Origin: Heptranchias perlo
Taxonomy: Eukaryota
DNA: 64,000 nucleotides
Reading direction: 5' to 3'
Assembly (NCBI RefSeq): GCF_035084215.1
Contig: NC_090325.1
Coordinates: 119,722,001 to 119,786,000 of the forward strand
The notes beneath the pieces were generated by a model. The model was not told where the DNA came from. It did no database searches and saw only the letters and a list, made by a program, of their open reading frames with translations. Position 1 is the stretch's first letter; each line of letters begins with the position of its first letter. This document shows, in pieces, positions 50,320 through 63,330 of this stretch. The position numbers were made by a program, and so were the translations under genes.

Positions 50320-51950
50320 TTAAACTATTCACGATTTTAAAAGGCTCCATTAAGTCTCCACTTAGACTTTTCTCCTGCTTTGAAATAATCCCAGTAGTTT
50401 AAGTCTCTCTGCATAACTGTAGATTCTCATCCCAGTGAATCAACTCGGTATGCTCTCCATGGCTTTAATTTTGTTTCTATAATGGGGAACTCAAAACTAT
50501 GCACAGTAATCTAAGTGCTCTAAATAATGTTTTGTACAAATTGATCCTTACCTGTTTACTCTTGCACCCTATGCCCCTACTAATAAAATCTAAAATGCTG
50601 TTGACCATTTAATGGCTTTATCTACCTGCAATTGCACCTTCAGGGAATTATGTATTTAAACTTTTAGGTTCATCCACGCCCTGCAGCATCTTTGCATTGT
50701 GTTTTTACTCCCATTCCCATTTTTGCTCCCAAGATGTATTACCTCACTCTTATCCGCATTTCATTGCACCTGCCACCTATCTATAAGTTCCCCATATCTG
50801 ACTATACTGTCCTGAAGTCTTTTATAGTCCTCCTGACTGCTCGCCAAACCCCCTACTTTTGAATCATGAGCAAATTTTGAGATTGTGTTCCCTATGCCAA
50901 AGCCCAAACCAACTATGTATACTGAGAACAAAAGTGACGCCGAGCACTAACCCTTGGGGTACACCACTTCTAACCTTTTCCAATCTGAGCAACACCATTT
51001 ACCCTAACTCCTTCTGAAAATTCTGCATTCCCTTTATCTATTCAATTGGTCACTTCTTCAAAAGACTATTAAATTTGTGATGCATGACTTGGCTTCAATA
51101 AATTTATGCTAGCTGTCCATGTATTTCTTAATGTTCACTAATTTTTATCTTGAATAATGGATTGTCGGAGTTTACCCACACCTATCATTAGACTAACTGA
51201 TTTATAGTTATCAGTTTTATCCTTCTCTCCCTTCTTGAACAAATATGTTATGTTGCTCTCCAGTCCAATGGCAGAATTTGGATATTTAATGAGGATTAAA
51301 AAATTGTGGCTAGACCCTCTGCTGTCTCTTTTCTGACTTACTTCAATGGCCTAAGGTACATGCCATCAAGACCCAGTGACATATCCACCATGAGTTTTTG
51401 TAACTTTTTCAGAACCAATTCCTTTTCTATAACTGGTCTATTTTCTCTTCTAATAAACCTACATTCTGACTTCTGCCCTCCTTTGTAAAAGCCAAGGCAA
51501 AATATTTATTCAATAGCTCCGTACTGCCTTCATTCCTCCATAATTCGACTGCCTTTAGAGAGTCATAGAGTCATAGAGTTATACAGCACGGATAGAGGCC
51601 CTTCGGCCCATCGTGTCCGCGCCGGCCATCAAGCCCTGTCTAATCTAATCCCATGTTCCAGCATTTGGTCCGTAGCCTTGTATGCTATGGCATTTCAAGT
51701 GCTCATCCAAATGCTTCTTGAATGTTGTGAGGGTTCCTCCCTAAGCGATTCTACCATCTTTTTAATTATTTGTTTACTTTTTATCTGCCTATAAAAGCCC
51801 TCACTATTTCCTTTTATAATTTTCTGATAGGCTTTTCTCATCCTCCCTTTCAGCCCTTCTAATCTCTTTTTTCACTTCCCCATTATTCCTTCTATAGTCT
51901 TTATGATTTTCTTCAGTATTGTTAGCTTTAATCTTGTCATATGCTCGTTT
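50320..51950 (-). mobile_element. Old, heavily decayed CR1 ORF2 (with a young CR1 tail at 51560-51737)
   Basis: Residual SGVPQGLVLG (50940-50970) and KFAHDSKVGG motifs in collinear CR1 order. Confidence 0.75.
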
Positions 51951-54192
51951 GAATAGTTATGGAAAAGGACAACGAGCAATCTAGAGTAAAAATATTTAAT
52001 TGGAGAAGGGCCAATTTCTGTGGGTTAAGAACGGATCTGGCCCAGGTAAATTGGAATCAAAGATTGGCAGGCAAAATTGTAATCGAACAGCGGGCGGCAT
52101 TTAGAGAGGAGATGGTTCGGATACAGTCTAGGTACATTTCCACAAGGAGGAAAGATAGGGCAACTAAACCCAGAGCTCCCTGGATGACAAAAGAGATAGA
52201 GAGTAAGGTGAAGCAGGAAAAGGGGGCATATGACAGATGTCAAGTTGATAATACAAGTGAGAACACAGCTGAATATAGAAAGTACAGAGGGGAAATGAAA
52301 AAGGAAATAAGAGGGGCAAAGAGAGAATATCAGAATAGATTGGTGGCTAACATAAAAGGGAATCCAAAAGTCTTCTATAGGCATATAAATAGTAAACGGG
52401 TAGTAAGAGGAGGGGTGGGACTGATTAGGGACCAAAAAGGAGATCTACGCATGGAGGCAGAGGACATGGCTGAGGTACTAAATGAATACTTTGCATCCAT
52501 CTTTACCAAGGAAGAAGATGCTGCCAGAGTCTCAGTAAAAGAGGAGGCAGTTGAGATACTGGATGGGCTAAAAATTGATAAAGAGGAGGTACTAGAAAGG
52601 CTGGCTGTACTTAAAGTAGATAAGTCACCTGGCCCATATACAATGCATCCTAGGTTACTGAGGGAAGTAAGAGTGAAAATTGCGGAGGTACTGGCCATAA
52701 TCTTCCAATCCTCCTTAGATATGGGGGTGGTGCCAGAGGACTGGAGAATTGCAAATGTTACACCCTTGTCCAAAAAAGAGTGTAAGGATAAACCCTGCAA
52801 CTACAGGCCAGTCAGTTTAACCTCAGTGGTGGGGAAGCTTTTAGAAATGATAATCTGGGACAAAATTAATAGTCACTTGGACAAGTGTGGATTAATAAAG
52901 GAAAGCCAGCACGGATTTGTTAAAGGTAGATCGTGTTTAACTAACTTTATTGAGTTTTTTGATGAGGTAACAGAAATGGTTGATGAGGGCAATGCAGTTG
53001 ATGTTGTGTCTAATGGACTTTCAAAAGGGGCTTGATAAAGTGCCACATAATAGGCTTGTCAGCAAAATTGAAGCCCATGGAATAAAAGGGGCAGTGGCGG
53101 CATGGATACAAAATGGGCTAAGTGACAGGAAACAGAGAGAAGTGGTGAACAGTTGTTTTTCAGACCGGGGGAAGGTATATGGTGGTGTTCGCCAGGGGTC
53201 GGTACTAGGGCCGCTGCTTTTTTTAATATATATTAATGACTTGGACTTGGGTGTACAGGGCACAATTTCAAAATTTGACACAAAACTTGGAAGTGCAGTA
53301 GACAGTGAGGAGGATAGTGATAGACTTCAAGAGGGCATAGACAAGCTGGTGGAATGGGCGGACACAAGGCAGATGAAATTTAATGCAGAGAAGTGCGAAT
53401 TGATACATTTTGGCAGGAAGAATAAGGAGAGGCAATATAAACTAAATGGTACAATTCTAAAGGGAGTGCAGAAACAGAGGGGTATATGTGCAAAAATCTT
53501 TGAAGGTGACAGGACAGGTTGAGGAAGCGGTTAAAAAAAGCATACAGGATCCTGAGCTTTACAATTAGAGGCAGAGAGTACAAAAACAAGGAAGTTATGT
53601 TGAACCTTTATAAAACACTGGTTAGGCCCCAGCTGGAGTATTGTGTCCAATTCTGGGCACCACACTTTAGGAAGGATGTGAAGGCCTCACAGAGGATGCA
53701 GAAAAGATTTACTAGAATGTTTCCAGGGATGAGGAACTTCAGTTATGAGGATAGACTGAGAAGCTGGGGTTGTTCTTCTTAGAGCAGAGAAGATTGAGTG
53801 GAGATTTGATAGAGGTGTTCAAAATCATGAGGGGTTTAGGCATAGTAGATAGAGAGATGCTGTTCCTATTGGCAGAAGGGTCGAGAACCAGACGACACAG
53901 ATTTAAGATAATTGGCAAAAGAACCAAAGGCGACATGAGGAAAAACTTTTTTACGCAGTGAGTGGTTATGTTCTGGAATGCACTGTCTGAGTGGGTGGTG
54001 GAGGCAGATTCAATCTTGGCTTTCAAAAGGGAACGGGATAAGTACTTGAAGGAAAAAAAATTGGAGGGCTATGGTGAAAGGGCGGGGGAATAGTACTGGC
54101 TGAATTGCTCTTGCAGAGAGCCGACACAGGCTCGGTGGGCCGAATGGCTTCTTTCTGTGCTGTAACCATTCTATGATTCTATGATTCTATGA
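51950..54192 (+). mobile_element. CR1 ORF2 remnant, 5'-truncated, with 3' tail
   Basis: ORFs 51959-53035, 52980-53522, 53519-53782 and 53770-53961 tile CR1 ORF2; (ATTCTATG)n tail. Confidence 0.95.
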
Positions 54193-54219
54193 TTTTCCAA
54201 AAAGATTTTTGAGCCATTC

Positions 54220-54830
54220 TGTTATGTCCTTCAGCCTGGCGCCAGGGAGGCAACATACCATTTGGGATTGCTTGTCACAACTGCAAAACAAGATGCCTAT
54301 TCCCTATTTTCCCACTCTCCTATTCTTGTAGCCTACCATCCTTTTATCCTTTGTGTATTCCCTTGCTCCACGGTGTTGCAATGTTACTCAGGATCACCCT
54401 TCTCTGAGTCATTGTTGCTGTCCACCTCAGACTTGTCCAACGCTATTATTCCAGTACCTCAGGGGTTCCCTTCACCTTTGAATCCTGCCTCCCCCTATTG
54501 CCCCTGGATGGTTACCCACTTTTCTTCTTCTATACAATCCTTGTGTCCTGAGCTTTCTAGAATTGCCCCTATGGTAATCACATCCTGGAGAATACCATCC
54601 AGAACCCCCTCATCCTCTCTGATGCTGCACAGTGCGGCCAGTTGCTACTCAAGCACAGAGATCCTCTGTTCCAGAGTCTCAATTCTCTGACACTTAGTTC
54701 AAATGTGCTGCCCCTGGATACACTAAAGATCCATGATGGTCCACATATGGCCTGCACTGCCATTCTTCTGTGTTTAATTGTCTAGTGTGAGAATAATGTT
54801 CGCCTAAATGCCCGCTAGCACCAAACTCTC
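54220..54830 (-). mobile_element. CR1 ORF1 remnant (zinc-finger/leucine zipper + esterase start)
   Basis: QHI*TKCQRIETLEQRISVLE*QLAALCSIREDEGVLDGILQDVIT and MVCCLPGAR. Probably the 5' part of the old CR1 at 50320-51950. Confidence 0.7.
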
Positions 54831-55537
54831 TCAAAATCAAACTCCACTTACTCACTCCACATACATATGAATTAGTTTTTCTCGATCGCCGCGTGACTAG
54901 ACTGCCAGTCTTGAAAGACAAGCCATGGAGCACACTCTGCTGGCATTGATGGCAGATCATTTTGAGAACACAATCTGCCAGAGATTATAACAGATTGATT
55001 TGGGAATACAATCAGCCAGCGATGAAGACAAAGCAGACACATTAGTTTAGAAATCCAGTCTGCCAGTTGGCAGACATTACAGATACCAAATGGAGAACTT
55101 ATTACCCATGGCTCACATACAGGCTTTTTATGTGAACTGACAATTTCAGAAAAGTTTATCATTGTTTTTACCAATTAATATTAGTTATGGTTTTTAAAAA
55201 GAATGTAAATCTCTCCACTATTTTGCTCTGGACTGAGATTTAGGGTTGTAACTCACCTGCTAATTTGAAACTAATGTTACTACCTGAGATTGATATAACA
55301 TTGTACGGCTGCCTATTGTGACACCATAAGTCCTGGCCAGAATGGAGATGATTGGGTAATTCCCCTGTCAATCATGCCTGGAGACCGCACTGCTGTAAGT
55401 GACTGGGATTGATTTTACACACATAATTGTATTTTGTAACTATCCTCCACTCACTGCATTTTGTCGGAGAAATAATCCTGATTTTTTTTATCAGGAGTCT
55501 GCTGTAGTTTTGCTCATGAGTTTTGTTTCCTGTAGTT

Positions 55538-55810
55538 TGTAGATACTCTGTTTAAATAGACTCTGTTTGCTGAGTAAATAAACTCTGTTTGCTGAGTGAA
55601 TAGACTGAATGCTGTAGTGCATATAGACTGTTTAAATAGACTCTGTTTGCTGTTTGCTGAGTAAATAAACTCTGTTTGCTGAGTGACTAGATTCTGTTTG
55701 TTGTTGTGCCTATAGACTGTATAAATAGCCTTTGTTTTCTGTTTGCTGAGTAAATAGACTTTGTTTGCTGTAAAATAGACTCTATTTGCTGTAAGTCCTG
55801 CTGTAAGTCC
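55538..55810. repeat. Degenerate ~22-bp minisatellite (tagactctgtttgctgagtaaa)
   Basis: Repeated units actctgtttgctgagt(a/g)aata, with a higher-order duplication (55548-55600 vs 55628-55686). Confidence 0.8.
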
Positions 55811-56087
55811 TGCCCCACCTCCAACTCATTGGCTGACACCGTGATGTCAATACTCACTCTGATATTGTAAAGATACAGGCCTAGGTTTTCTGATTGGAAT
55901 GGTGACCAAAACCATCTCATTATAATAGGTTACGGTTGATGTTATAATTGGAAAACCAAGGCCATGTTGTCTGGCCAAAAAATGTAGAACTTTGTTTATT
56001 CTACTGGTGTCTGGTGTCAGTTGTTTGATTTCAATCCTGTTCTACAGTGTAGAATTCTGTGCAGTAAACCTCTGCCATTAAAAAGTT

Positions 56088-57715
56088 CATAGTATCATAG
56101 CATCATAGTAGGTACAGCACAGGAAGAAGCCATTCAGCCCATCGTGCCTGTGCCAGCTCTTTGAAAGAGCTATCCATTTGGTGCCATTCCCCAGCTCTTT
56201 TCCCATGGCCCTGTTAATTTTTTCCCTTCAAGTATTTATCCAATTCCCTTTTTAAAGTTGCTATTGAATCTGCTTCCACCAGCCTTTCAGGCAGTGCATT
56301 CCAGATCATAACAACTCGCTGTGTAAAAAAATGTTTCCTCATGTCGCCTCTGGCTGTTTTGCCAAACACCTTAAATCTGTGACCTCTAGTTACCGACTTT
56401 TCTGCCACTGGAAACAGTTTCTCCTTATTTACTCTGTCAAAACCATTCATGATTTTGAACACCCCTATCAAATCTCCTCTTAACCTTCTCTGTTCTAAGG
56501 AGAACAACTCCAGCTTCCCCAGTCTCTTCACATAACTAAAGTCCCTTATGCCTGGTGCTATTCCAGTAAATCTCTTCTGCACTGTCTTTAAGGCCTTGTC
56601 TTCCTTCCTAAAGTGCAGTGCCCAGGATTGAACACAATACTCCACCTGAGATCTAACCAGTGTTTTATAAAGGGTTAACTTAACTTCCTTGCTTTTGTAC
56701 TCTATGCCTCTATTTATAAAGCCCAGAACCCCATATGCTTTTTTAACAGCCTTCTCAACTTGTCCTGCCACCTACAAAGATTTGTGTATGTGCACCCCCA
56801 GGTCTCTCTGTTCCTGGACCCCTTTTAAAATTGTACCATTTAGTTTATATTGCCTCTCCTCCTTCTTCCTAAAAAAATGCATCACTTCACACTTCTCTGC
56901 ATTGAATTCCATCTGCTATGTGTCTACCCATTTCACCAGTCTGTCTATGTCCGCCTGAGGTCTGTTACTATCCTCCACATTGATCACTACATTTCCAAAT
57001 TTCGTGTTATCTGCAAACTTTGAAATTATACACTCTATACCCATGTCCAGGTCGTTAATATATATAAAAAAGAGCAGTGGTCCTAATATTGACCCCTGGG
57101 GAACATCACTGTAAACTTCCCTCCAGTCTGAAAAACAACCGTTCACCACTACTCTCTGCTTTCTATCCCTTAGCCAATTTTGTATCCACGCTGCCACTGT
57201 CCCTTTAATCCCATGAGCTTTAATTTTGCTATTAAGCCTATTATGTGGTACTTTATCAAATGCCTTTTGAAAATCCATATACACAACATCAACTGCACTA
57301 CCCTCATCAACCCTCTCCGTTACTTCATCAAAGAACTCAATCAAGTTAGTCAAACACGATTTTCCTTTAACAAATCCATTCTGACTTTCTTTGATTAGCC
57401 CATACTTTTCCAAGTGCCAATTAATTTTGTCCTGGTTATTGTCTCTAAAAGTTTCCCCACCACTGACGTTAGGCTGACTGGCCTTCAATTGCCGGGTTTA
57501 TCCCTCTGCCCTGTTTTGAACAGGTGCCCGGATCCATGACCCCCACCTTTAGACAGGGTCTCCCCATCCCCCCCCCCCCCCCCGTGAGGCACGGGCTCGG
57601 TCTTCTCCCCCCTAGAGGTGGACGACTCCCGCCGATGGTTTGAACTGGTTGGGGTGGGGGGGGCCGCAGGATCCGTGTAACATTTGCAATCCTCCAGTCC
57701 TCCGGTTAACTGACC
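56088..57715 (-). mobile_element. CR1 LINE, 5'-truncated, carrying a 148-bp foreign insert
   Basis: ORFs 56214-56771 and 56916-57488; host sequence gaacaggtg|taacatttgcaatcc is interrupted at 57527-57674. Confidence 0.93.
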
Positions 57716-58084
57716 TTTTTTTGAATCTTAGGCTATGATTATACTTTCACTTCCACATCAATGCAAAGCAGTTTCGGGTGCGCTTCAGCACAAAAGTGAC
57801 AGTATAACATGGTCCTCAGGTCCCCACCTCGCATCTGAGCACAATAAATCCAAAAGAGCCCTATAGGAGATAGCCTCACATCACTCGTTCCTCACAAAAG
57901 TGGAGAATAACTCCAGTCCGGTGTAAAGCCAGGTTTAAAAAGTTCTCAGGCGGTCTGCAGTTTATAAACTTAGTATTCAGTCTTTTTCAAACTACGAGAA
58001 AGTGGGGTATCTTTCTAACATTAAACAATAACTTCCAGGGAATTTGAACTCAACTCATGTCTGGAAATAAGCTTCAACAGAACT

Positions 58085-58825
58085 ACAGTTTTGACGAAGG
58101 GTCATCGACCTGAAACGTTAACTCTGTTTCTTTCACCACAGATGCTGCCTGACCTGCTGAGTACTTCCAGCATTTTCTGTTTTTAGTTCAGATTTTCAGC
58201 ATCCGCAGTATTTTGCTTTTGATTTAGTGTTTAATTCACGGCCACTTCTCTTCCAGGAATGCCCACCTTGAAGAAGTCCTGCTTTTCTCTCCGACCGGAT
58301 TTCTGTTTGTTTCTTTTACCTTGTTCACCTTCATTTCCTTCTGTTCCCCTTCTCATGTTTGATCAGGTTTCTTCTAAACTCGCTTTCACAGCCATATCTC
58401 TTTCCTCAGCAACTGTCTCCGGCTCCAACTTATTCCACATGGTTTCCAACTTAAATTCCACCCTTCATATTTCGGATCCACCAGTGATTACAGATATCTC
58501 CATGATATTCAGGTTCCTCGAACCGCTGCTCTGACCGCTTCCTGTGTTCCACACTCAATGCCACATGCACGCTCTCGACCTCTCTCTCCAGCAGCACTGA
58601 CTCACTCTATTTCAGAGTTATTCTGTTTCGCAGTTCCACTTCATCCTTCACCTCATCCGGCACTTTAACAAAAAACTTTTCTTCTTCCTTTCAGGTGTCA
58701 AGGATCACAAGCTTCAACAACCTGTTCTGACAAAAGGTGTTCGACCTGAAACTTTAACTCTGTCTCTTTCTCCACAGATGCTGCCTCACTTGCTGAGCTT
58801 TTCCAGCATTTTCTGTTTATACTTG
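58085..58825 (+). mobile_element. Penelope-like element fragment: terminal repeat - ORF start - terminal repeat
   Basis: Direct repeats 58087-58185 and 58724-58820 (gacctgaaac.ttaactctg..ccacagatgctgcct.ac.tgctgag..ttccagcattttctgttt) flank MPTLKKSCFSLRPDF..RFHSHISFLSNCLR..IPHGFQLKFHP. No RT or GIY-YIG domain remains. Confidence 0.72.
58087..58123 (+). ncRNA. Minimal type I hammerhead ribozyme motif (core variant C3U)
   Basis: AGTT-TTGACGA-a-GGGTC atc GACCT-GAAA-CGTT-AACT: stem I AGTT/AACT, stem II, palindromic minimal stem III; core reads UUGACGA instead of CUGACGA. Confidence 0.6.
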
Positions 58826-58859
58826 AACTCAGCTACATCCTGGCAGGCGAAGTGCTCAT

Positions 58860-60200
58860 CTCCAGGCAGTCAGACACAGCAGGCGGGATGGGAGACATTT
58901 TCCTTTTAATGGCACTTGGGTGTAAAGGATTACCTGGACTCAGCACAGAGAGGAAACCCGGGCAGGGGGTTAGCAGGCGTGAAACAGAGCCCACCTGATT
59001 TTCTATCTATGCAATAAGAGGAAATCTGCCCTATATAAATCGTTCTGACTTGTGCCTCCTGCTCTGCAGCCAGCTGTCTCAGACTGGTTATGCTGTATAA
59101 TTGCAGCAGCAGAATTACATTTAAAACAAACAAAAAAGTGATGGAAATAGGAGCGTGGGGCTTTTAGTTAGTGGGGAATATAGGTGCCCGAGTGGTAAAA
59201 CAAATAAAAACCTGTTAAAACATTGCTTCATTCCTCCAACAGTTTCCCTTTTGAGGCATGAGGTTGGGGGTGTATTTGTACTAGCTGCGGGATTAGACTG
59301 CCGCCGGTCACTGCCCCGCATTGAGCGTGTGAGTGAGAGCCAGGAACGGAGCCTGCCGACACCGACCGGCAGCCAGGGCATTCCAGCAGCGGGCAGCGGG
59401 CACCACCGCGGCCGCTCTTCCGACACTCCTTTCAACACCTTACATTCAAGGCAGAACAAGGAATCAAATGATATCCCGTGCATTGCCTGACCCCAGAGGC
59501 TGCAGAAATATGTGCTTTGCTTTTTTTTCTTCTTTGCAGACCATGGTGAGTTGGGCAAACACTTCCACATTCCTGCACGGATGGAAGCGCTCCGAGATAT
59601 GGATGTATTTTGAGACAATGGCTCAGGACTGTACTATGTCAACTCCTCTTATTAAAAGGCCGGCAACAGGTGGCAGTGGTTTGAGGAGGTATAAATCTGT
59701 GAGAATTAACTTGTCGAGCTTTTAGGATCAATTGGGCATGCCTCAGATTCGGATTACCTTTTCTAGAATAGAATTTCATCGGCCTCGTATATTATCACAA
59801 GAGCTGTTCAGATGTTAAGCGCTGTAAAATCCCCCCCGGAATCATCCTAAAGGCGCATAACACACACACGGCAAGCCCCACACGAACGGCCAGCTATTGG
59901 GATACCCCAGCACTCAGGGAGAGGGCGCGGAGCAGGTGCACGTCCCAGGACAATATATACACATATGATCATCGCTGCAAATGGAGAGGTTACGAGGACA
60001 GGTTAAGATTCTTCGTTACCTATACATCACACGGATGGGACAGCTGGATTCATGTGCTGAGGGGGCAGATTTAAAGGTGCCTTGCAGAGATCCGTTAAGC
60101 AAGTAAATGGAATGGGCTGGGTGCCAATGTGAGGGATAAAATTAAGATCTGGCAATACGGGTGTCAGCCTTTTATCACCTCTTAGTGGAGAGAAGTATCT
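58860..60200. promoter_or_regulatory. CpG-rich unique island with TATA box (ccctatataaat ~59029-59040)
   Basis: Non-repetitive, dense CpG (59285-59425, 59870-59945) amid TEs; strong acceptor ttttttttcttctttgcAG ending at 59539. Confidence 0.5.
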
Positions 60201-60212
60201 GGAAGAAAAGAA

Positions 60213-61978
60213 AAACATAAAAAGTAAAAGGATAGTCATAGGATTAGGGGCCGATTTGGGAGAAAAGGGAAATCTTCTTGTGGAGGCAGAGGGCATGATT
60301 GAGGTACTGAATGAATACTTTGCATCTGTCTTCACAAAAGAAGAGGGTGAAGTTAATGTCACAATAGAGAAGGAGGGAGTAGAGACATTGGATAGGATAA
60401 AAATAAATAGAAAGGAGGTGCCAAATAGGCTGGCATCACTCAAAGTTAACAAGCCCCCGGCCCAGATGGGATGCATCCTAGGTTGCTGAGGGAAGCTATG
60501 GTGGAGATAACAGAACCTCTGACCACAATCTTTCCATCCTCCTTGGTTATGGGAGTGGTGCCAGATGACTGGAGGATTGCAAATGTTAAACCCCTGTTCA
60601 AAGAAGGTAACTATAGGCCAATCAGACCAACGTCACTGGTGGGAAAACTACTAGAGACCATTGTCAAGGACAAAATTAATTCTCACTTGGAGAAACATGG
60701 GCTAATAAGGGGCAGCCAGCACATATTTTTTAAAGGCAAATTGTGTCTGACTAACCTGATTACATTCTTTGATGAGGTATCAGAGAGGGTTGATGAAGGT
60801 AGTGCAGTAGATGTATATATGGACCTTCAAAAGTCATTTGATAAAGTACCACATAACAGACTTATTCGGAAAATAGAAGCACATGGGATTAAAAGGACAG
60901 TGATAACTTGAGTTTGTAATTGGTTAAGGGATAGGAGGCAGAGAATATTGGTGAATGGATGTTTTTCTGACTGGAGAGAAGTATGCAGTGGGGTCCCCCA
61001 GGTTTCGGTATCAGGACCATTGCTTTTCTTGTTATATATAAATAACCCGGACTTGGGTATAAGGAGTACAATTTCGAAGTTTATGGATGACACAAAACTT
61101 GGCAAGGTAGTAAATAGTGAGGAGGATAGTAGCAGACTTCAGGAGGACATAAACAGACTGGTGAAATGGGCAGACACATGACAGATGCAATTTAATGTGG
61201 ATACGTTTGAAGTGATGCACTTTGGGAGGAACAACATGGAGAGGCAGTATAATCTAACTATTTTGAGCAGGGTGTAAGAGCAGAGGGACCTGGGGTGCAT
61301 ATTCACAAGTTTTTGAAGGTGGCAAGGCAAGTTGATAAGGCAGTTACGAAAGTTTATGGGATACTTGGCTTTGTAAATAGGGACATTGAATACAAAAACA
61401 AGGAAGTCATGCTAAACCTTTACAAATCACTGGTTAGGCCTCAGCTGGAGCATTGTGTACAATTCTGGGCGACGCACTTTAGGAAGGATGTTAAGGCCTT
61501 AGAGAGGAAACAGAGAATGTTTACCTGGATAATACCAGAATGAGGGACTTCAGTTATGTGGAGAAATTGGAGAAGCTGGGATTGTTCTCCTTAGAACAGA
61601 GAAGTTTAAGGGGAGACCTAATAGAGGTATTCAAAATTATGAGGGGCTTTGATAGAGCAAGTAGGGAGAAACAGTATGCTCTGGCAAGTGGGTAGATTTA
61701 AAATAATTGTCAAAAGAACTAGAGGGAAAATGAGGAGAAATGTTTTCACACAGAGGGTTGTTAAGATCTGGAACGCACTACCTGAAAGGTTGGTGGAACC
61801 AGGTTCCATAGGAACTTTCAAAAGGAAATTGGACATGTACTTGAAGCGGACTATGCAGGGTTATGGGGAAAAACCTGGGGTGTGGGACTAAATTGGACAG
61901 CTCTTTCAAAGAGCCGGCACAGGCACAACGTGCCAAATGGCCTCCTTATGTGCTGTAAGACTTTATGATTTTATGACT
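60213..61978 (+). mobile_element. CR1 ORF2 remnant with 3' tail
   Basis: VLNEYFASVFTKE, MHPRLLRE, SGVPQ, YKSLVRPQLEHCVQFW, RVVKIWNALPE. Confidence 0.93.
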
Positions 61979-62699
61979 AGGAGAAAATCAATCTGCACGG
62001 TAGGAAACCAGGTTAGTTTTGTGCAATAGTGACACATGTCACTCAGTGCACCCAGGCATGCAATAATCTCTCCAACAAACGTTTTATCTGCACACTCGTG
62101 CAACTCGTTGGCATGCGGCTTAATTTGTGCAACGTACATAAAAATGAGCAAGTGCAGCTGTCTGTGTAAGTATTTGTTCCCTTTTTGCAACATCTTGACA
62201 CAAATCTTGTCCTTGAAGTTGATAATTGAGAATCTTTGCCCAACTGTGGTACCTCCTGAATGGTGAAGACTCACAAAGAAGTTTTGTATATGCACCAGTT
62301 TTCAGCTTTGCCAGAACTATAATTCCTCGTGTTGGTTTTCACCAGTACATGGGAATCGGCAAATGCTGCAAAAATAGCTGTGCTGGGGTTTATTTACACA
62401 GTAAAATGGGGTGAAGCAAGTTGTACTGCTTTGTAATTGTGACAAGTCGAACTTCCCACTTGCATTTGAACTTGGATTACATGTACTCCCAGGTAGGACA
62501 TTTGTAGAACTTGATTACTCTGCCAAAGACCTATGAATCTGGAATAGTTTTGGAGATTTAAAGTATCTTTTTTTAAGTGTAATGGTTGTCTAGTTCTACA
62601 AATTAAGGTTAGTGGGTTTATTGGACAAGGGCATCCAAAGATAACCATCTTCTTACAAAAGCTAGTTGCCTTTAAAGCTGTCATGCTCCTGAAGAGGGG

Positions 62700-63330
62700 T
62701 CAAAATGAATGGACCAAGTGCACAAGTTAGAACTGCAGCTTTGGAAATCCTGCAAAAAAAGGTGGCCCTTTATCAGAATCAGTCAAGAACAGCACTGTAG
62801 CAGCCTGGATAGAAGTGATTGAAAGAATGACTGCTGTCTCACCTGTGTCCAAAACCTCAGTGTAGGTGAGGAATAAGTTTTTTTGTCTCAGGAAGTTTGC
62901 CACAGTAAATGCACAATCTTGCCTTACAATGCACCTTAACAGCTTGGTGGAGCATTACAGAGAGAAAATGCACAGAAGTTATGCAACTGTTCGTGTTTTC
63001 CAAAAGTGGAGGATACCCTTGTTCCACGGCAACATTACGTATTGTTGCTAAGTCAATGTATTTGACCCGTGGTACATTAAATGTGACAAGCAACAAACAC
63101 CATTTAAGGTACTGGTGTGCTGCAGCTTGAGGGTTCCTGCAGCTGCTGAGTCCAGGAGTCTTGACTTCACATGGCTTATAAACACAGTTCAGTACCTTAG
63201 CATCAATAATTCATGCAAACATTTGAGATTTTTCAAGCAGGTAGCACAGTTTGACAGCATCTATGGAAGGGTCCTTAACCTGCATTTGTGCAATGCTGCA
63301 TGACTTCTTGACTGAGCTACAGGCCACCAT
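62700..63330 (+). mobile_element. Ancient Harbinger remnant (Myb-like then transposase-like pieces)
   Basis: AAWIEVIERMTAVSPVSKTSV*VRNKFFCL (Myb-like) and FTWLINT..TFEIFKQ..CICAMLHDFL (HARBI1 C-terminus-like). Confidence 0.45.

Noticed and set aside
55538-55810. Repeat-spacer-like array resembling CRISPR
   Set aside because: Eukaryotic context, irregular degenerate units, no unique fixed-length spacers and no cas genes; it is a minisatellite.
59614-59664. Actin-like DNGSGL...KAG in an alternative frame
   Set aside because: The motif is split by eight extra codons, has in-frame stops, and no other actin sequence is nearby; likely chance.
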